A stretch of DNA of 64,000 nt from Bacteroidales bacterium (GTDB taxonomy: Bacteria; Bacteroidota; Bacteroidia; Bacteroidales; GCA-2748055). Shown one piece after another: positions 54,614 through 63,867 of this stretch. The stretch's first letter is position 1, and each line of letters begins with the position of its first letter. A program made the translations under genes and the position numbers. The DNA lies in contig JAXGMU010000006.1 of assembly GCA_040768485.1 (NCBI GenBank), positions 16,349 to 80,348 on the forward strand. The letters run 5' to 3'. The notes beneath the pieces were generated by a model. It was not told the DNA's origin. It ran no database searches and saw only the letters and a list, made by a program, of their open reading frames with translations.

Positions 54614-55347
54614 GAAACTGGATCTGCATGTTTTTGTTATCGGGATCCCTGCTGGTACAGGGACAGGATTTGACAGGTCAGATATACCGGGCGTACGTGT
54701 CCGGCAGGATGGAGCTGTGGAAGGAAGCGATGGAAAAGATGGAGCGGGAGTACAGGTCTGTACAAAATGACGCCCTTCTCTATCAACTCGCGGAGGCGGA
54801 ATATGGATACATCGCCCACTGCATCGCTGAGGGAAAAAAAGAGGAGGCCAAAAGATGGCTGGAAAAGGCCGAAAAGCATGTGGAATCCCTTCTGAAAACC
54901 GGGCGGGACCTGCCCAGGGTGTATGGACTGCAGGGAGCTCTGTACGGGTTCAGGGTGGGACTGGAGCCTTTGAAGGCGCCTTTTTTCGGGCGAAAATCGG
55001 CGGAAGCCAATCAGAAAGCCATCGAACTGGGTCCGGATGAGCCGCAGGCCTGGCTGGAAAAGGCCAACATTGAGTTTTACAAACCTGCTGTTTTCGGAGG
55101 ATCGAAGAAAAGGGCGGTGCCTCTGTATGAAAAAGCGGTCAGGTTGTTTGAAGCCGACCCAAAAAGGACCCGGCAGAACTGGATCTACCTGAACACCCTG
55201 GCTGCGCTGGCATCGGCCTATGAGGAGACCGGGGAGGTGGAGAAGGCGGACCGGGTGTACGGGAAAATGCTGGTACGGGAACCGGCCCTGGTCTGGCTCC
55301 GGGATGAGGTGTATCCGGCATTCAGGAAGAGACATTCGCTCCGATGA
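54610..55347 (+). CDS. Secreted alpha-helical (TPR-like) hypothetical protein
   Basis: 245 aa from ATG 54610, which overlaps the GT2 stop. Signal peptide MRNWICMFLLSGSLLVQGQD. Helical repeats rich in A/E/K/L. The track lists it with a false 178-codon extension. Confidence 0.5.
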   Translation: MRNWICMFLLSGSLLVQGQDLTGQIYRAYVSGRMELWKEAMEKMEREYRSVQNDALLYQLAEAEYGYIAHCIAEGKKEEAKRWLEKAEKHVESLLKTGRDLPRVYGLQGALYGFRVGLEPLKAPFFGRKSAEANQKAIELGPDEPQAWLEKANIEFYKPAVFGGSKKRAVPLYEKAVRLFEADPKRTRQNWIYLNTLAALASAYEETGEVEKADRVYGKMLVREPALVWLRDEVYPAFRKRHSLR

Positions 55348-55348
55348 G

Positions 55349-55379
55349 TTGTATTCGTAAAGAACAATATGTACGTTTG
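55349..55379 (+). promoter_or_regulatory. Candidate promoter (-33 TTG, -7 TACGTTTG) for gltX
   Basis: TTG at 55349-51, a 20-nt spacer, then TACGTTTG at 55372-79, 18 nt before ATG 55397. Confidence 0.4.
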
Positions 55380-55396
55380 TCAAAACCGATCAGCCA

Positions 55397-56923
55397 ATGA
55401 ACCAGGATATCCGCGTGAGATTTGCGCCCAGTCCGACAGGACCGCTGCACATAGGCGGACTGAGAACCGCACTGTTCAATTATCTTTTTGCCAGAAAGCA
55501 CGGAGGTGCTTTCATCCTGCGGATCGAAGATACCGACCGGACCCGGTACGTGCCGGGTGCGGAACAGTACATCACAGAGGCGCTGTCATGGTGCAGCCTG
55601 GAGCCTGACGAAGGGCCGCTCCAGGGCGGGGGATTCGGACCATACCGCCAGTCTGAACGCAGCGACATCTACAGCCGATATGCCTTCGAGCTTGTGGAGA
55701 AAGGGCATGCCTATTATGCCTTTGACACCCCGGAGGAACTGGAACGCCTGAGAATGGAACACGAGGCAAAGGGGGAGACATTCATTTATGATGCGCGGAC
55801 CAGGGACACCCTGAAGAATTCACTGACCATGGAGCGTTCCGTGGCGGAAGAATTCATTTCAAAGGGAGAACCCTATGTGATCAGGTTCAAATTTGAACCC
55901 GGGAGGGAGGTCAAAATGAAGGATCTGGTCAGGGGTGAAGTGGTGGTGAACAGTTCCACCCTGGACGACAAGGTGCTGTACAAATCGGACGGAATGCCCA
56001 CCTACCACCTGGCCAATGTGGTGGACGATGTCCTGATGGGCATTTCTCATGTAATCCGTGGAGAAGAATGGCTTCCTTCGCTTCCCCTTCATGTGTCCAT
56101 GTACAGGGCTTTCGGATGGGAGAACCTCATGCCGTTCTTTGCCCATCTTCCCCTGATCCTCAAACCCACCGGGAAAGGGAAGCTGAGCAAAAGGGACGGG
56201 GAAAAGGGAGGGTTCCCGGTCTTTCCCCTGCAATGGGAGGATCCCGGTACCGGGGAAATATCAAGGGGCTACCGGGAGGAGGGCTACCTGCCGGAGGCCT
56301 GCATCAACCTGCTGGCGTTGCTGGGATGGAACCCGGGAACCGAACAGGAACTGTTTTCCATGGAGGAGCTGATCCGGGAATTCTCCATCGGGAAGATCGG
56401 AAAATCGGGTGCAAAATTCGACCCGGAAAAAGCCCGGTGGTTCAATCACCAGCACCTGCAGCGGATCCCGGAAGTAGCACTTGCCGGGGCATTCGGCAAC
56501 ATCCTGGAGGAGAAAGGGATCGATTATGAACCCAACCGGTTGACAGCGCTGGTCCCGCTGATCAGGCCCAGGATCAATTTTATCCATGAATTCTGGGACC
56601 AGGCATGGTTCTTCTTCCGGGCTCCCGAATCGTACGATCCGGCGGTCGTAAAAAAAAGGTGGAAAGAAGATACCCCTTCAATGATGCAATTGCTCAAGGA
56701 GGCACTGAAAGAGTGTGATCCCTTTACATCCGGGCACCTGGAAAAGGAGGTGAAGGCGATCATCGAAAAATACGGCTGGGGAACAGGTGCGGTGATGAAC
56801 ACCTGGAGGCTCCTGCTGGTGGGTTCTTCCACCGGTCCCGCTCTTTTCGATCTGGCCGAGTTCCTGGGCAGGGAAGAGGTGATCGGAAGGATGGAAAAGG
56901 GGATCCGGGAACTGTCCCTGTGA
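55397..56923 (+). CDS. gltX: Glutamate--tRNA ligase
   Basis: 508 aa. RFAPSPTGPLHIGG (HIGH) and KLSKRDG (KMSKS). Confidence 0.95.
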   Translation: MNQDIRVRFAPSPTGPLHIGGLRTALFNYLFARKHGGAFILRIEDTDRTRYVPGAEQYITEALSWCSLEPDEGPLQGGGFGPYRQSERSDIYSRYAFELVEKGHAYYAFDTPEELERLRMEHEAKGETFIYDARTRDTLKNSLTMERSVAEEFISKGEPYVIRFKFEPGREVKMKDLVRGEVVVNSSTLDDKVLYKSDGMPTYHLANVVDDVLMGISHVIRGEEWLPSLPLHVSMYRAFGWENLMPFFAHLPLILKPTGKGKLSKRDGEKGGFPVFPLQWEDPGTGEISRGYREEGYLPEACINLLALLGWNPGTEQELFSMEELIREFSIGKIGKSGAKFDPEKARWFNHQHLQRIPEVALAGAFGNILEEKGIDYEPNRLTALVPLIRPRINFIHEFWDQAWFFFRAPESYDPAVVKKRWKEDTPSMMQLLKEALKECDPFTSGHLEKEVKAIIEKYGWGTGAVMNTWRLLLVGSSTGPALFDLAEFLGREEVIGRMEKGIRELSL

Positions 56924-56999
56924 TCGCCGTTTTTTCGGCATTTCGTGCAACTATATCGCCGCTTTTGCCGTTAAATAACAGAAATGCTGGTTTAACCCA

Positions 57000-57647
57000 A
57001 TGATTGAAATGATGAAAAAGCTATTTCCAATTTTATTTGCGGCCTTCCTGCTGGTGCAGGTGGCGGATGCCCAGATTTTTTCCTACGGTGTCAAAGCCGG
57101 GATCGGATTTTCCTCCCTGAAGTTCAATGACATCACAGGCATCAACGATGGCAGCCAGGTGTACGACCTGGTTACCGGAGAGGCGGTGATGGGTTACCAT
57201 CTGGGGGTTCAGACGCGGATCAAGCTCGCCATGGCATACGTACAACCGGAAATCTATTTCAATACAGGCGGGGGAACGGTGGAGCAGGTGGTCACAGGCG
57301 GGGCGACAGCCATACTGGATGTGAAGTTCAGCAGGCTCGATGTGCCTTTGCTGGTGGGAGTGAAACTGGGTCCTGCCCGTTTCAACCTGGGTCCTGTGGG
57401 GTCTTTCGTGCTGAGCGAGACGAACGACCTTCAGACGCTGGTGCCCGATTATAAGGTATTTTCAAAATCAATGACATGGGGATTCCAGGCCGGTATCGGT
57501 GTGGACCTGCTGAAAAAGATATCCCTGGATGCCAGGTATGAGGGCTCATTGAGCAGGCTGGGAGAAACCCTGACCATCGGGGGCGCGGAATTTCCCCTTG
57601 ATGCAAGGCCCAGGCAGTGGCTGATTTCGCTGGGGATCTGGTTTTAG
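57000..57647 (+). CDS. Outer-membrane beta-barrel (porin-family, OMP_b-brl_2-like) protein
   Basis: 215 aa. Signal peptide ending VADAQ, alternating-hydrophobicity strands (FSYGVKAGIGFSSLKF), C-terminal ...LISLGIWF. The start may be MMKK at 57009. Confidence 0.7.
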   Translation: MIEMMKKLFPILFAAFLLVQVADAQIFSYGVKAGIGFSSLKFNDITGINDGSQVYDLVTGEAVMGYHLGVQTRIKLAMAYVQPEIYFNTGGGTVEQVVTGGATAILDVKFSRLDVPLLVGVKLGPARFNLGPVGSFVLSETNDLQTLVPDYKVFSKSMTWGFQAGIGVDLLKKISLDARYEGSLSRLGETLTIGGAEFPLDARPRQWLISLGIWF

Positions 57648-58123
57648 AGGATCCACTTTTTTTCATGGGTGGTGTAGTCGAGCACCCTGATCCCGAACAG
57701 CTGTCCGAGTTTCAGGGCCTCTTCCCTCATCTCCTTTCTGGAGCCCCGGCAGACGGGCACATAACGCTGGTCACCTTCCACCACCAGGTTGACCCTGTAG
57801 GATTTAACGCTTTTCGTGTCGGCCGGAACCACCGGTGTGGGCAGGTTCCGGTTGCTGCTCAGGTTGATCCGGACGACGGTCGCATAGGAGGGCGGGGGGA
57901 GCGGCATCCATTTCCCTATCTTCACCCACAGGAACCGGTCATACTTCAAATAACGCTGTTTCCCCGCATCGATAATGATCCCCTGGAAGGAGAATGCGGA
58001 GAAGATCCCCAGGAGGGCGGTCAGCGCACCGCCGATGAATCCGGAGTTCACAAAGAATGCGACGGCCACCAGGGCGAGTACCAGGGTAACAATCCTGAAA
58101 CTGTATCTTTCGTATGTGTACAT
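57644..58123 (-). CDS. Hypothetical membrane protein
   Basis: About 159 aa from ATG 58123; the track uses a TTG at 58177. Two N-terminal TM helices and a soluble C-terminal half. I recognised no family. Confidence 0.4.
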   Translation of the reverse strand: MYTYERYSFRIVTLVLALVAVAFFVNSGFIGGALTALLGIFSAFSFQGIIIDAGKQRYLKYDRFLWVKIGKWMPLPPPSYATVVRINLSSNRNLPTPVVPADTKSVKSYRVNLVVEGDQRYVPVCRGSRKEMREEALKLGQLFGIRVLDYTTHEKKWIL

Positions 58124-58220
58124 GCCAGAGGCGAATGATCCGTGGTAAGTTAGGAAACTTTGCACGTACCACCGCAAAGCGCAAATAAAATCCTACATTT
58201 GAAATGCGTACGAAGGAGCC

Positions 58221-58862
58221 ATGACTCAACAGAAAATCATCCTCCGGATCACCGAATTCGTCCTCCTGTTTTTCGGGATACCCCTGCTCATCTATTTTGA
58301 CAGGGATTTTGTCCATCCCAGCGTGATCATCCTTCCGGTGCTGGTCTTTATTTTTCTCATCCTGAAAAAAACCACTGATTTCACGTTCAGGGAGCTGCTC
58401 AGGTGGGGGGTACCGGGAGCCACGCTCCGCCGCAACGGGATGATCGTCATGGCCTGCCTGATACTGATGTTCTCCTATACCGCGCTGTTTGAGCCGGACC
58501 AGCTGTTCAACCTGATCAGGGCGAATCCCCTGGTCTTTCTGGCCATGTGTATTTTCTACCCGGTTTTTTCCGCATTCGGACAGGAGATCATTTACCGGAC
58601 CTACCTCTGCAGGAGGTACGGGTCACTTTTTCCGAAACAGTGGGCGTTCGTTCTGGCCAGCGGGATCGCTTTTTCATTTGTGCACATTGTCTATTATGAT
58701 CCGGTTTCCATGATCCTTACCCTCATTGGAGGGATCTACCTGGCAAGGGTGTACTGTAAGACACGCAGTGTACTGTTTACGGCTGTCCTTCACGGCGTGC
58801 TGGGGATCATTGTTTTCGGAGTGGGACTGGGACAGTATTTCTGGCTGGACATGCCCTTATGA
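58221..58862 (+). CDS. CPBP-family intramembrane glutamic endopeptidase (CAAX protease-like)
   Basis: 213 aa and polytopic. Motifs GQEIIYRTYL, FSFVH, AVLHGVLG. Confidence 0.75.
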   Translation: MTQQKIILRITEFVLLFFGIPLLIYFDRDFVHPSVIILPVLVFIFLILKKTTDFTFRELLRWGVPGATLRRNGMIVMACLILMFSYTALFEPDQLFNLIRANPLVFLAMCIFYPVFSAFGQEIIYRTYLCRRYGSLFPKQWAFVLASGIAFSFVHIVYYDPVSMILTLIGGIYLARVYCKTRSVLFTAVLHGVLGIIVFGVGLGQYFWLDMPL

Positions 58863-58880
58863 TGATGAACCGATACAATT

Positions 58881-59708
58881 ATGAGAAGAACACTTTTTTT
58901 ATGGATGCTTTTTCTGACCGTGCTGGCTGCTGCCCAGCCGGTTGAACTGATCACCTATAACATCAGGCTGAACACGCCCGGGGACGGGGAACATGCATGG
59001 CCCCACAGGAAATCGAGCGTGTCGGCACTGTTCACTTTCCACAGGGCGGATATTTTCTGTGTGCAGGAGGCCCTGCCGGAACAGGTGGATGATCTTGCGG
59101 CAGCCTTCCCCGGATATTCATTTGAGGGAGTGGGAAGGGATGACGGGGAAAGGGAAGGGGAATTCTCGGCCGTCTTTTATGATCACAAGCGGTTCACGAA
59201 GAAAGAAGGTGGCACCTTCTGGCTTTCCGAAACACCCGCGCAATGCAGTTTTGGATGGGATGCGGCCTGCAGGCGTGTCTGTTCCTGGGTGAAGCTGGAG
59301 GATCAGCTGACCGGGAAAACCTTCTATGTGTTCAATACCCATTTCGACCACAGGGGGGAGGTGGCCAGGAGGGAATCGGCTAAACTGATCCTTGAAAAGA
59401 TCCGGGATATAACGGGGGGAGGGATGCCCGTGGTGCTCTGCGGGGATTTTAACCTTCCGCCCGGATCGGAACCTGTTGAACTGATCCGGAGCCGGCTGCG
59501 GGATGCCTATCTGGTAACCGCCGTGCCTCCCTACGGATCGGTGGCCACCTACCACGGTTTCACATACGATGACCCTCCCGGGGAGCGGATCGATTATGTG
59601 TTTGTCTCGGACCAGGTGAAAGTGATGCGTTACGGGGCGCTGACCGATTCGAGGGACCGGAAATTCTTCTCGGACCACCTCCCGGTGCTGGTCACCCTTG
59701 CGTTTTAA
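58881..59708 (+). CDS. Endonuclease/exonuclease/phosphatase (EEP) family protein, secreted
   Basis: 275 aa with a signal peptide. ITYNIRLN, FCVQEA, NTHFDH, GDFN, SDHLPV. Confidence 0.8.
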   Translation: MRRTLFLWMLFLTVLAAAQPVELITYNIRLNTPGDGEHAWPHRKSSVSALFTFHRADIFCVQEALPEQVDDLAAAFPGYSFEGVGRDDGEREGEFSAVFYDHKRFTKKEGGTFWLSETPAQCSFGWDAACRRVCSWVKLEDQLTGKTFYVFNTHFDHRGEVARRESAKLILEKIRDITGGGMPVVLCGDFNLPPGSEPVELIRSRLRDAYLVTAVPPYGSVATYHGFTYDDPPGERIDYVFVSDQVKVMRYGALTDSRDRKFFSDHLPVLVTLAF

Positions 59709-59729
59709 GTAAAACCTCTTTCATCAGGA

Positions 59730-60572
59730 ATGGAACGCCTCAGGAACCTCTATTATCTTTTCCCGCCTGTCGTCCGGAGAATCCTCCGGAGGATCTGGTT
59801 CTTCCCGGTGGATGCGGTTGAAACCATTTCAGGAAAGCGGGATCCCATGATCCCACCAAGGGGAATGATCTTCATCGGGAGCGGTGATTTCAGGAAAATG
59901 GGAAATGCGCTCCGGGACCAGCTTGTGGAACTTGGAGGCCTGCAACCCAATCACAGGGTGCTGGACGTGGGTTGCGGGATCGGCAGGGTGGCCGTGCCTC
60001 TTACAGGATACCTGAGCAGGGAGGGCTCGTATGAAGGATTTGACATTGTCCGGTCGGGGATCCGCTGGTGCAATCGCCGGATCGGCAGCCGTTATCCCAA
60101 CTTCCGCTTCATCCACGTGGACCTGAAAAATGACCTCTACAACCTCTCCACCGGAAAGGAAGCCAGGAATTTCATTTTTCCCTATGCCGATGAAGCATTT
60201 GATATGGTGGTCCTGACCTCCGTATTCACCCACATGGTGCTGGAGGACACGGATCATTACCTGAAACAGATCCACCGCGTCCTGAAACCGGGCGGAGTAT
60301 GTTTTTCCACCTTTTTTCTCATGAACGACCGGGCACGCACGCTGCTGGAACGATCGGGAAAAAAGATGTTCAGCACCCGGCTTGGCCATACTTACCTGTT
60401 CCACCCCAGGGTGAGGGAGGCGAATGTGGCCTACGACCAAGCGTACCTTACCGCTGAAATGATCGAAGCGAAAGGATTCCATATGGAGCAGGTTCATTAC
60501 GGATTCTGGGCAGGGGGACCAAAGCCGGCGCTGGACAATTACCAGGACATCTGTATCTTCAGAAAGGTGTGA
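59730..60572 (+). CDS. Class I SAM-dependent methyltransferase
   Basis: 280 aa. VLDVGCGIGRVAVPL motif I, VLKPGGV post-II. Confidence 0.8.
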   Translation: MERLRNLYYLFPPVVRRILRRIWFFPVDAVETISGKRDPMIPPRGMIFIGSGDFRKMGNALRDQLVELGGLQPNHRVLDVGCGIGRVAVPLTGYLSREGSYEGFDIVRSGIRWCNRRIGSRYPNFRFIHVDLKNDLYNLSTGKEARNFIFPYADEAFDMVVLTSVFTHMVLEDTDHYLKQIHRVLKPGGVCFSTFFLMNDRARTLLERSGKKMFSTRLGHTYLFHPRVREANVAYDQAYLTAEMIEAKGFHMEQVHYGFWAGGPKPALDNYQDICIFRKV

Positions 60573-60612
60573 TTGTTTCCAGCCGGGTTCCGGACCGGTT
60601 TCACTTCCCCCG

Positions 60613-60972
60613 TTACCTGGTCATGACCACACCCACCGATTTGATGGGTCCGCCCATGGGAGGATGCATCTTGCGGATCTTTACGGTGACCTTTTCAACC
60701 CCGGGAAGCTCCGCGTACAGCGCGTCGAGGATCCTTCTGGCAATGTTCTCCAGGAGGTTGGATTTTTTCATGCGCATCTCCTTCCGGATGATTTCATAGG
60801 CCCGGTGGTAATTGACCGCATCTTTCAGCTGGTCGGATGCGGCGGGAATTTCCAGGTCCGTCTCCATCTCCAGATCCACCAGGAACCGGTTGCCGACGAT
60901 CTGCTCCTCCCTGAAGTGGCCATGGAAGGCGTAGAACTCCATGTCTTCAATGATGATTTTTCCCATGTGCAA
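60613..60972 (-). CDS. folB: Dihydroneopterin aldolase
   Basis: 119 aa. MGKIIIEDMEFYAFHGHFREEQIVGNRFLVDL, DAVNYHRAYEII, KMHPP. Confidence 0.9.
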   Translation of the reverse strand: MHMGKIIIEDMEFYAFHGHFREEQIVGNRFLVDLEMETDLEIPAASDQLKDAVNYHRAYEIIRKEMRMKKSNLLENIARRILDALYAELPGVEKVTVKIRKMHPPMGGPIKSVGVVMTR

Positions 60973-61003
60973 CCGGTTTTGTTCGATGGAATGTAGCTTC
61001 GCG

Positions 61004-61026
61004 CAAAGATAGTTTTATTATTTTTG
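61004..61026. promoter_or_regulatory. Back-to-back -7 boxes for divergent folB and glnS
   Basis: Minus strand TATCTTTG (61011-61004), 32 nt before the folB ATG. Plus strand TATTTTTG (61019-61026), 23 nt before the glnS ATG. Confidence 0.4.
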
Positions 61027-61048
61027 TCACGCTTCATATACCAGAAGA

Positions 61049-62737
61049 ATGACTGAAAAGAAAGCGGATCCGCCCCTGAAGAAAGGTCCCAATTTCATCG
61101 AGGCGATCGTGGAAGAGGACCTGCGCACGGGAAGGGACAACGGCCGGATACACACCCGGTTCCCTCCAGAACCCAACGGGTATCTGCATATCGGACATGC
61201 GAAAGCCATCTGCATCGACTTCGGCATTGCCGAAAAATACGGGGGCAGATGCAACCTCAGGTTTGATGACACCAATCCCACCAAGGAGGACGTGGAGTAC
61301 GTGGATTCCATCAGGGAGGACATCCGGTGGCTGGGATTTGACTGGGAAGAGAGGGAATATTATGCTTCAGATTATTTCGGAAAGCTCTATGAATTTGCCG
61401 TTGACCTGATCAAAAGGGGGTACGCCTACGTGGACGACCAGTCCTCCGAGGATATTGCCCGGCAGAAAGGGACCCCCACGGTTCCCGGAACGCCCAGTCC
61501 GTTCAGGGACCGTCCCCCGGAAGAGAACCTGGACCTGTTCCACAGGATGAATGCAGGGGAATTCCCCGAAGGTTCCCGGGTGCTGCGGGCAAAGATCGAC
61601 ATGGCCTCCTCCAACATGCACATGCGGGACCCCGTGATCTACCGCATCCTGTTCCACCCGCACCACCGCACGGGCAGCACATGGAAGGTCTATCCCATGT
61701 ATGATTTTGCCCACGGACAGTGTGATTATTTTGAAGGCATCACCCATTCCCTCTGTACGCTGGAGTTCGAAGTGCACAGGCCTTTGTATGACTGGCTCGT
61801 GGAAAAACTGATGACCGGTGATTACAGGCCCAGGCAAACCGAATTCAACCGGCTGAGCCTCACCTACACCATTCTGAGCAAGCGGATGCTGCTCGAACTG
61901 GTGAAAAAAGGTCATGTACGTGGATGGGACGATCCCAGGATGCCTACCCTGACCGGTTTGCGGAGAAGGGGATACACCCCTGAATCCATCCGGAGCTTCA
62001 ATGAAAGCATCGGCTATACCAAGGTGATTGCCACCAATGATGTGGGACTCCTGGAATTTGCCGTGCGGGAGGATCTGAACCGGCGGGCACCCAGGGTCAT
62101 GGCCGTGCTCAATCCGCTCAGGCTGATCATCACCAATTATCCGGAAGGACGGACAGAACAGATGGAAACCGTGAATAACCCGGAGGATGATTCCATGGGA
62201 AGCCGAACCGTCCCTTTCTCCCGGGAGATCTACATCGAAAGGGAAGATTTCATGGAGGATCCGCCCAAAAAGTATTTCCGCCTGGCCCCTGGCAGGGAGG
62301 TCAGGTTGAAATCAGCCTATATCATCCGATGTGAGGATTACAAAAAAGACGCCGGTGGAAACATCACCGAGGTCTACTGTACCTATGACGAAAAAACCAG
62401 GAGCGGCGGACCCGAAGCGGACCGGAAGGTGAAGGGAACCCTGCACTGGGTATCCGCTTCACATGCCCTGGAGGCGGAGATCAGGCTGTACGACAGGCTT
62501 TTCAGCGATCCTGATCCGGCCGGTCATAAGGACAGGGATTTTACGGAATTCCTCAATCCCGGTTCACTGAAGATCATCACCGGGTATGTGGAGCCCTCCC
62601 TGAAAAATGCGGCGCCCCTGGATCACTTTCAGTTCCAGCGGATCGGATATTTCAACCTGGATCCGGATACAACGCCGGACAAGCTGGTCTTCAACCGCAC
62701 GGTCCCCCTCCGGGATACCTGGTCCAATCAGAGGTGA
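61049..62737 (+). CDS. glnS: Glutamine--tRNA ligase
   Basis: 562 aa. [16 protein letters not shown] (HIGH), TILSKRML (KMSKS-like), and the C-terminal anticodon-binding beta-barrels. Confidence 0.95.
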   Translation: MTEKKADPPLKKGPNFIEAIVEEDLRTGRDNGRIHTRFPPEPNGYLHIGHAKAICIDFGIAEKYGGRCNLRFDDTNPTKEDVEYVDSIREDIRWLGFDWEEREYYASDYFGKLYEFAVDLIKRGYAYVDDQSSEDIARQKGTPTVPGTPSPFRDRPPEENLDLFHRMNAGEFPEGSRVLRAKIDMASSNMHMRDPVIYRILFHPHHRTGSTWKVYPMYDFAHGQCDYFEGITHSLCTLEFEVHRPLYDWLVEKLMTGDYRPRQTEFNRLSLTYTILSKRMLLELVKKGHVRGWDDPRMPTLTGLRRRGYTPESIRSFNESIGYTKVIATNDVGLLEFAVREDLNRRAPRVMAVLNPLRLIITNYPEGRTEQMETVNNPEDDSMGSRTVPFSREIYIEREDFMEDPPKKYFRLAPGREVRLKSAYIIRCEDYKKDAGGNITEVYCTYDEKTRSGGPEADRKVKGTLHWVSASHALEAEIRLYDRLFSDPDPAGHKDRDFTEFLNPGSLKIITGYVEPSLKNAAPLDHFQFQRIGYFNLDPDTTPDKLVFNRTVPLRDTWSNQR

Positions 62738-62844
62738 CCGGTCCAATCAGCGACCAGTTCGATCCTGAGGATCCGGATACCCGGACAGATCCCGGACGAG
62801 GGACACTATGTCGCGGACCGAAGGGAGCGTCATGGTCCCGATAC

Positions 62845-62869
62845 GGGATATGTTCGGGATATGTTCGGG
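62845..62869. repeat. 11-nt tandem duplication gggatatgttc x2 (+ggg) in the glnS/mscS convergent spacer
   Basis: Read directly from the sequence: 62845-55 and 62856-66 are identical. Confidence 0.8.
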
Positions 62870-62906
62870 TGGAACGCACCTTAAACGGTCATGCGAGGGC
62901 CCGGGG

Positions 62907-63728
62907 TTACGCGTGCTGGTAAAGGTGGACGTCGCTCTGCGGGAAAGGAATGGAAATCCCTGCCGCGTCGAACTGCTTCTTCACATTTTCAGTCACATCG
63001 AAGAACAAGGACCAGTAATCACCTGAATTAACCCAGACCCTCAGCTTCAGGTTCACCGAACTGTCCGCCAGCTCCTCCACCATTACCTGGGGAGGATTCT
63101 CATCCTTGAGCACCCGTTCGTCCGACCGGGCCATCCCCAGCAGGACCTCTTTTGCTTTGTCGATGTCGTCGCCGTACCCGATGCCGAAGGAGAAATCGAT
63201 CCGCCGGGTGGGCATGGCGGAGAAGTTGGTAATCGAACCTGTGGCCAGGGGTGAATTGGGAATGGTGATCTTCCTGTTGTCCGGAGAGAGGAGCACCGTG
63301 TGGAATATCTGGATCTCCCGGACCGTTCCCATGAATCCCTGTGCCTCGATAAAGTGTCCAACCTCGTAGGGCTTGAAAAGCAGGATCATCACCCCGCCCG
63401 CGAAATTCTGAAGGGTTCCCTGCAGGGCCAGGCCCACGGCGAGACCTGCAGCACCGATCACCGCGATGAAGGAAGTCATCTCGATCCCCACCATTCCCAT
63501 CACGCTGATCACCAGCAGCACTTTGAGCAGCACGTTGGTGAGGGTCTTCAGGAAGGGGACCAGGGATTCGTTCACATTCCTTTTTTCCATCAGGCGGACC
63601 AGCCACCGGGTGATCCATTTGATCACGAACAGACCGAGGACAAGGACCACGATGGCCATGATGAATTTCATCCCGTACTGCACCACGAGGTCATAAATCT
63701 TCTGAAGTGTTTCCTGAAAGTTTTCCAT
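62907..63728 (-). CDS. mscS: Small-conductance mechanosensitive channel (MscS family)
   Basis: 273 aa. Three N-terminal TM helices, GTLQNFAGGVMILLFKPYEVGHFIE pore/beta-domain signature, ITNFS. Confidence 0.85.
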   Translation of the reverse strand: MENFQETLQKIYDLVVQYGMKFIMAIVVLVLGLFVIKWITRWLVRLMEKRNVNESLVPFLKTLTNVLLKVLLVISVMGMVGIEMTSFIAVIGAAGLAVGLALQGTLQNFAGGVMILLFKPYEVGHFIEAQGFMGTVREIQIFHTVLLSPDNRKITIPNSPLATGSITNFSAMPTRRIDFSFGIGYGDDIDKAKEVLLGMARSDERVLKDENPPQVMVEELADSSVNLKLRVWVNSGDYWSLFFDVTENVKKQFDAAGISIPFPQSDVHLYQHA

Positions 63729-63807
63729 GTTGTTTTTTATTTAAGATGTGAAAAAATTTCCTTTATAAAACCGCGACCAATGTCGCCATTCTCATGAAGA
63801 TAGCCAT

Positions 63808-63843
63808 AATAAAAGAAAATCCCAACCGCAGGCGGCCGGGATT
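63808..63843 (-). terminator. Rho-independent terminator of the T9SS-substrate gene
   Basis: The minus-strand RNA AAUCCCGGCCG-CCUG-CGGUUGGGAUU forms an 11-bp stem (2 G-U pairs), followed by UUCUUUUAUU. It begins 25 nt after the stop codon. Confidence 0.7.
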
Positions 63844-63867
63844 CCGCAAAGATGGGTCAATTCAAAC

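Noticed and set aside
57000-57647. Calling the 215-aa outer-membrane beta-barrel protein PorT/SprT (a T9SS component).
   Set aside because: It shares only the generic small OMP beta-barrel pattern, and I cannot distinguish PorT from the many paralogous porin-family proteins without an HMM. I retained the generic call.
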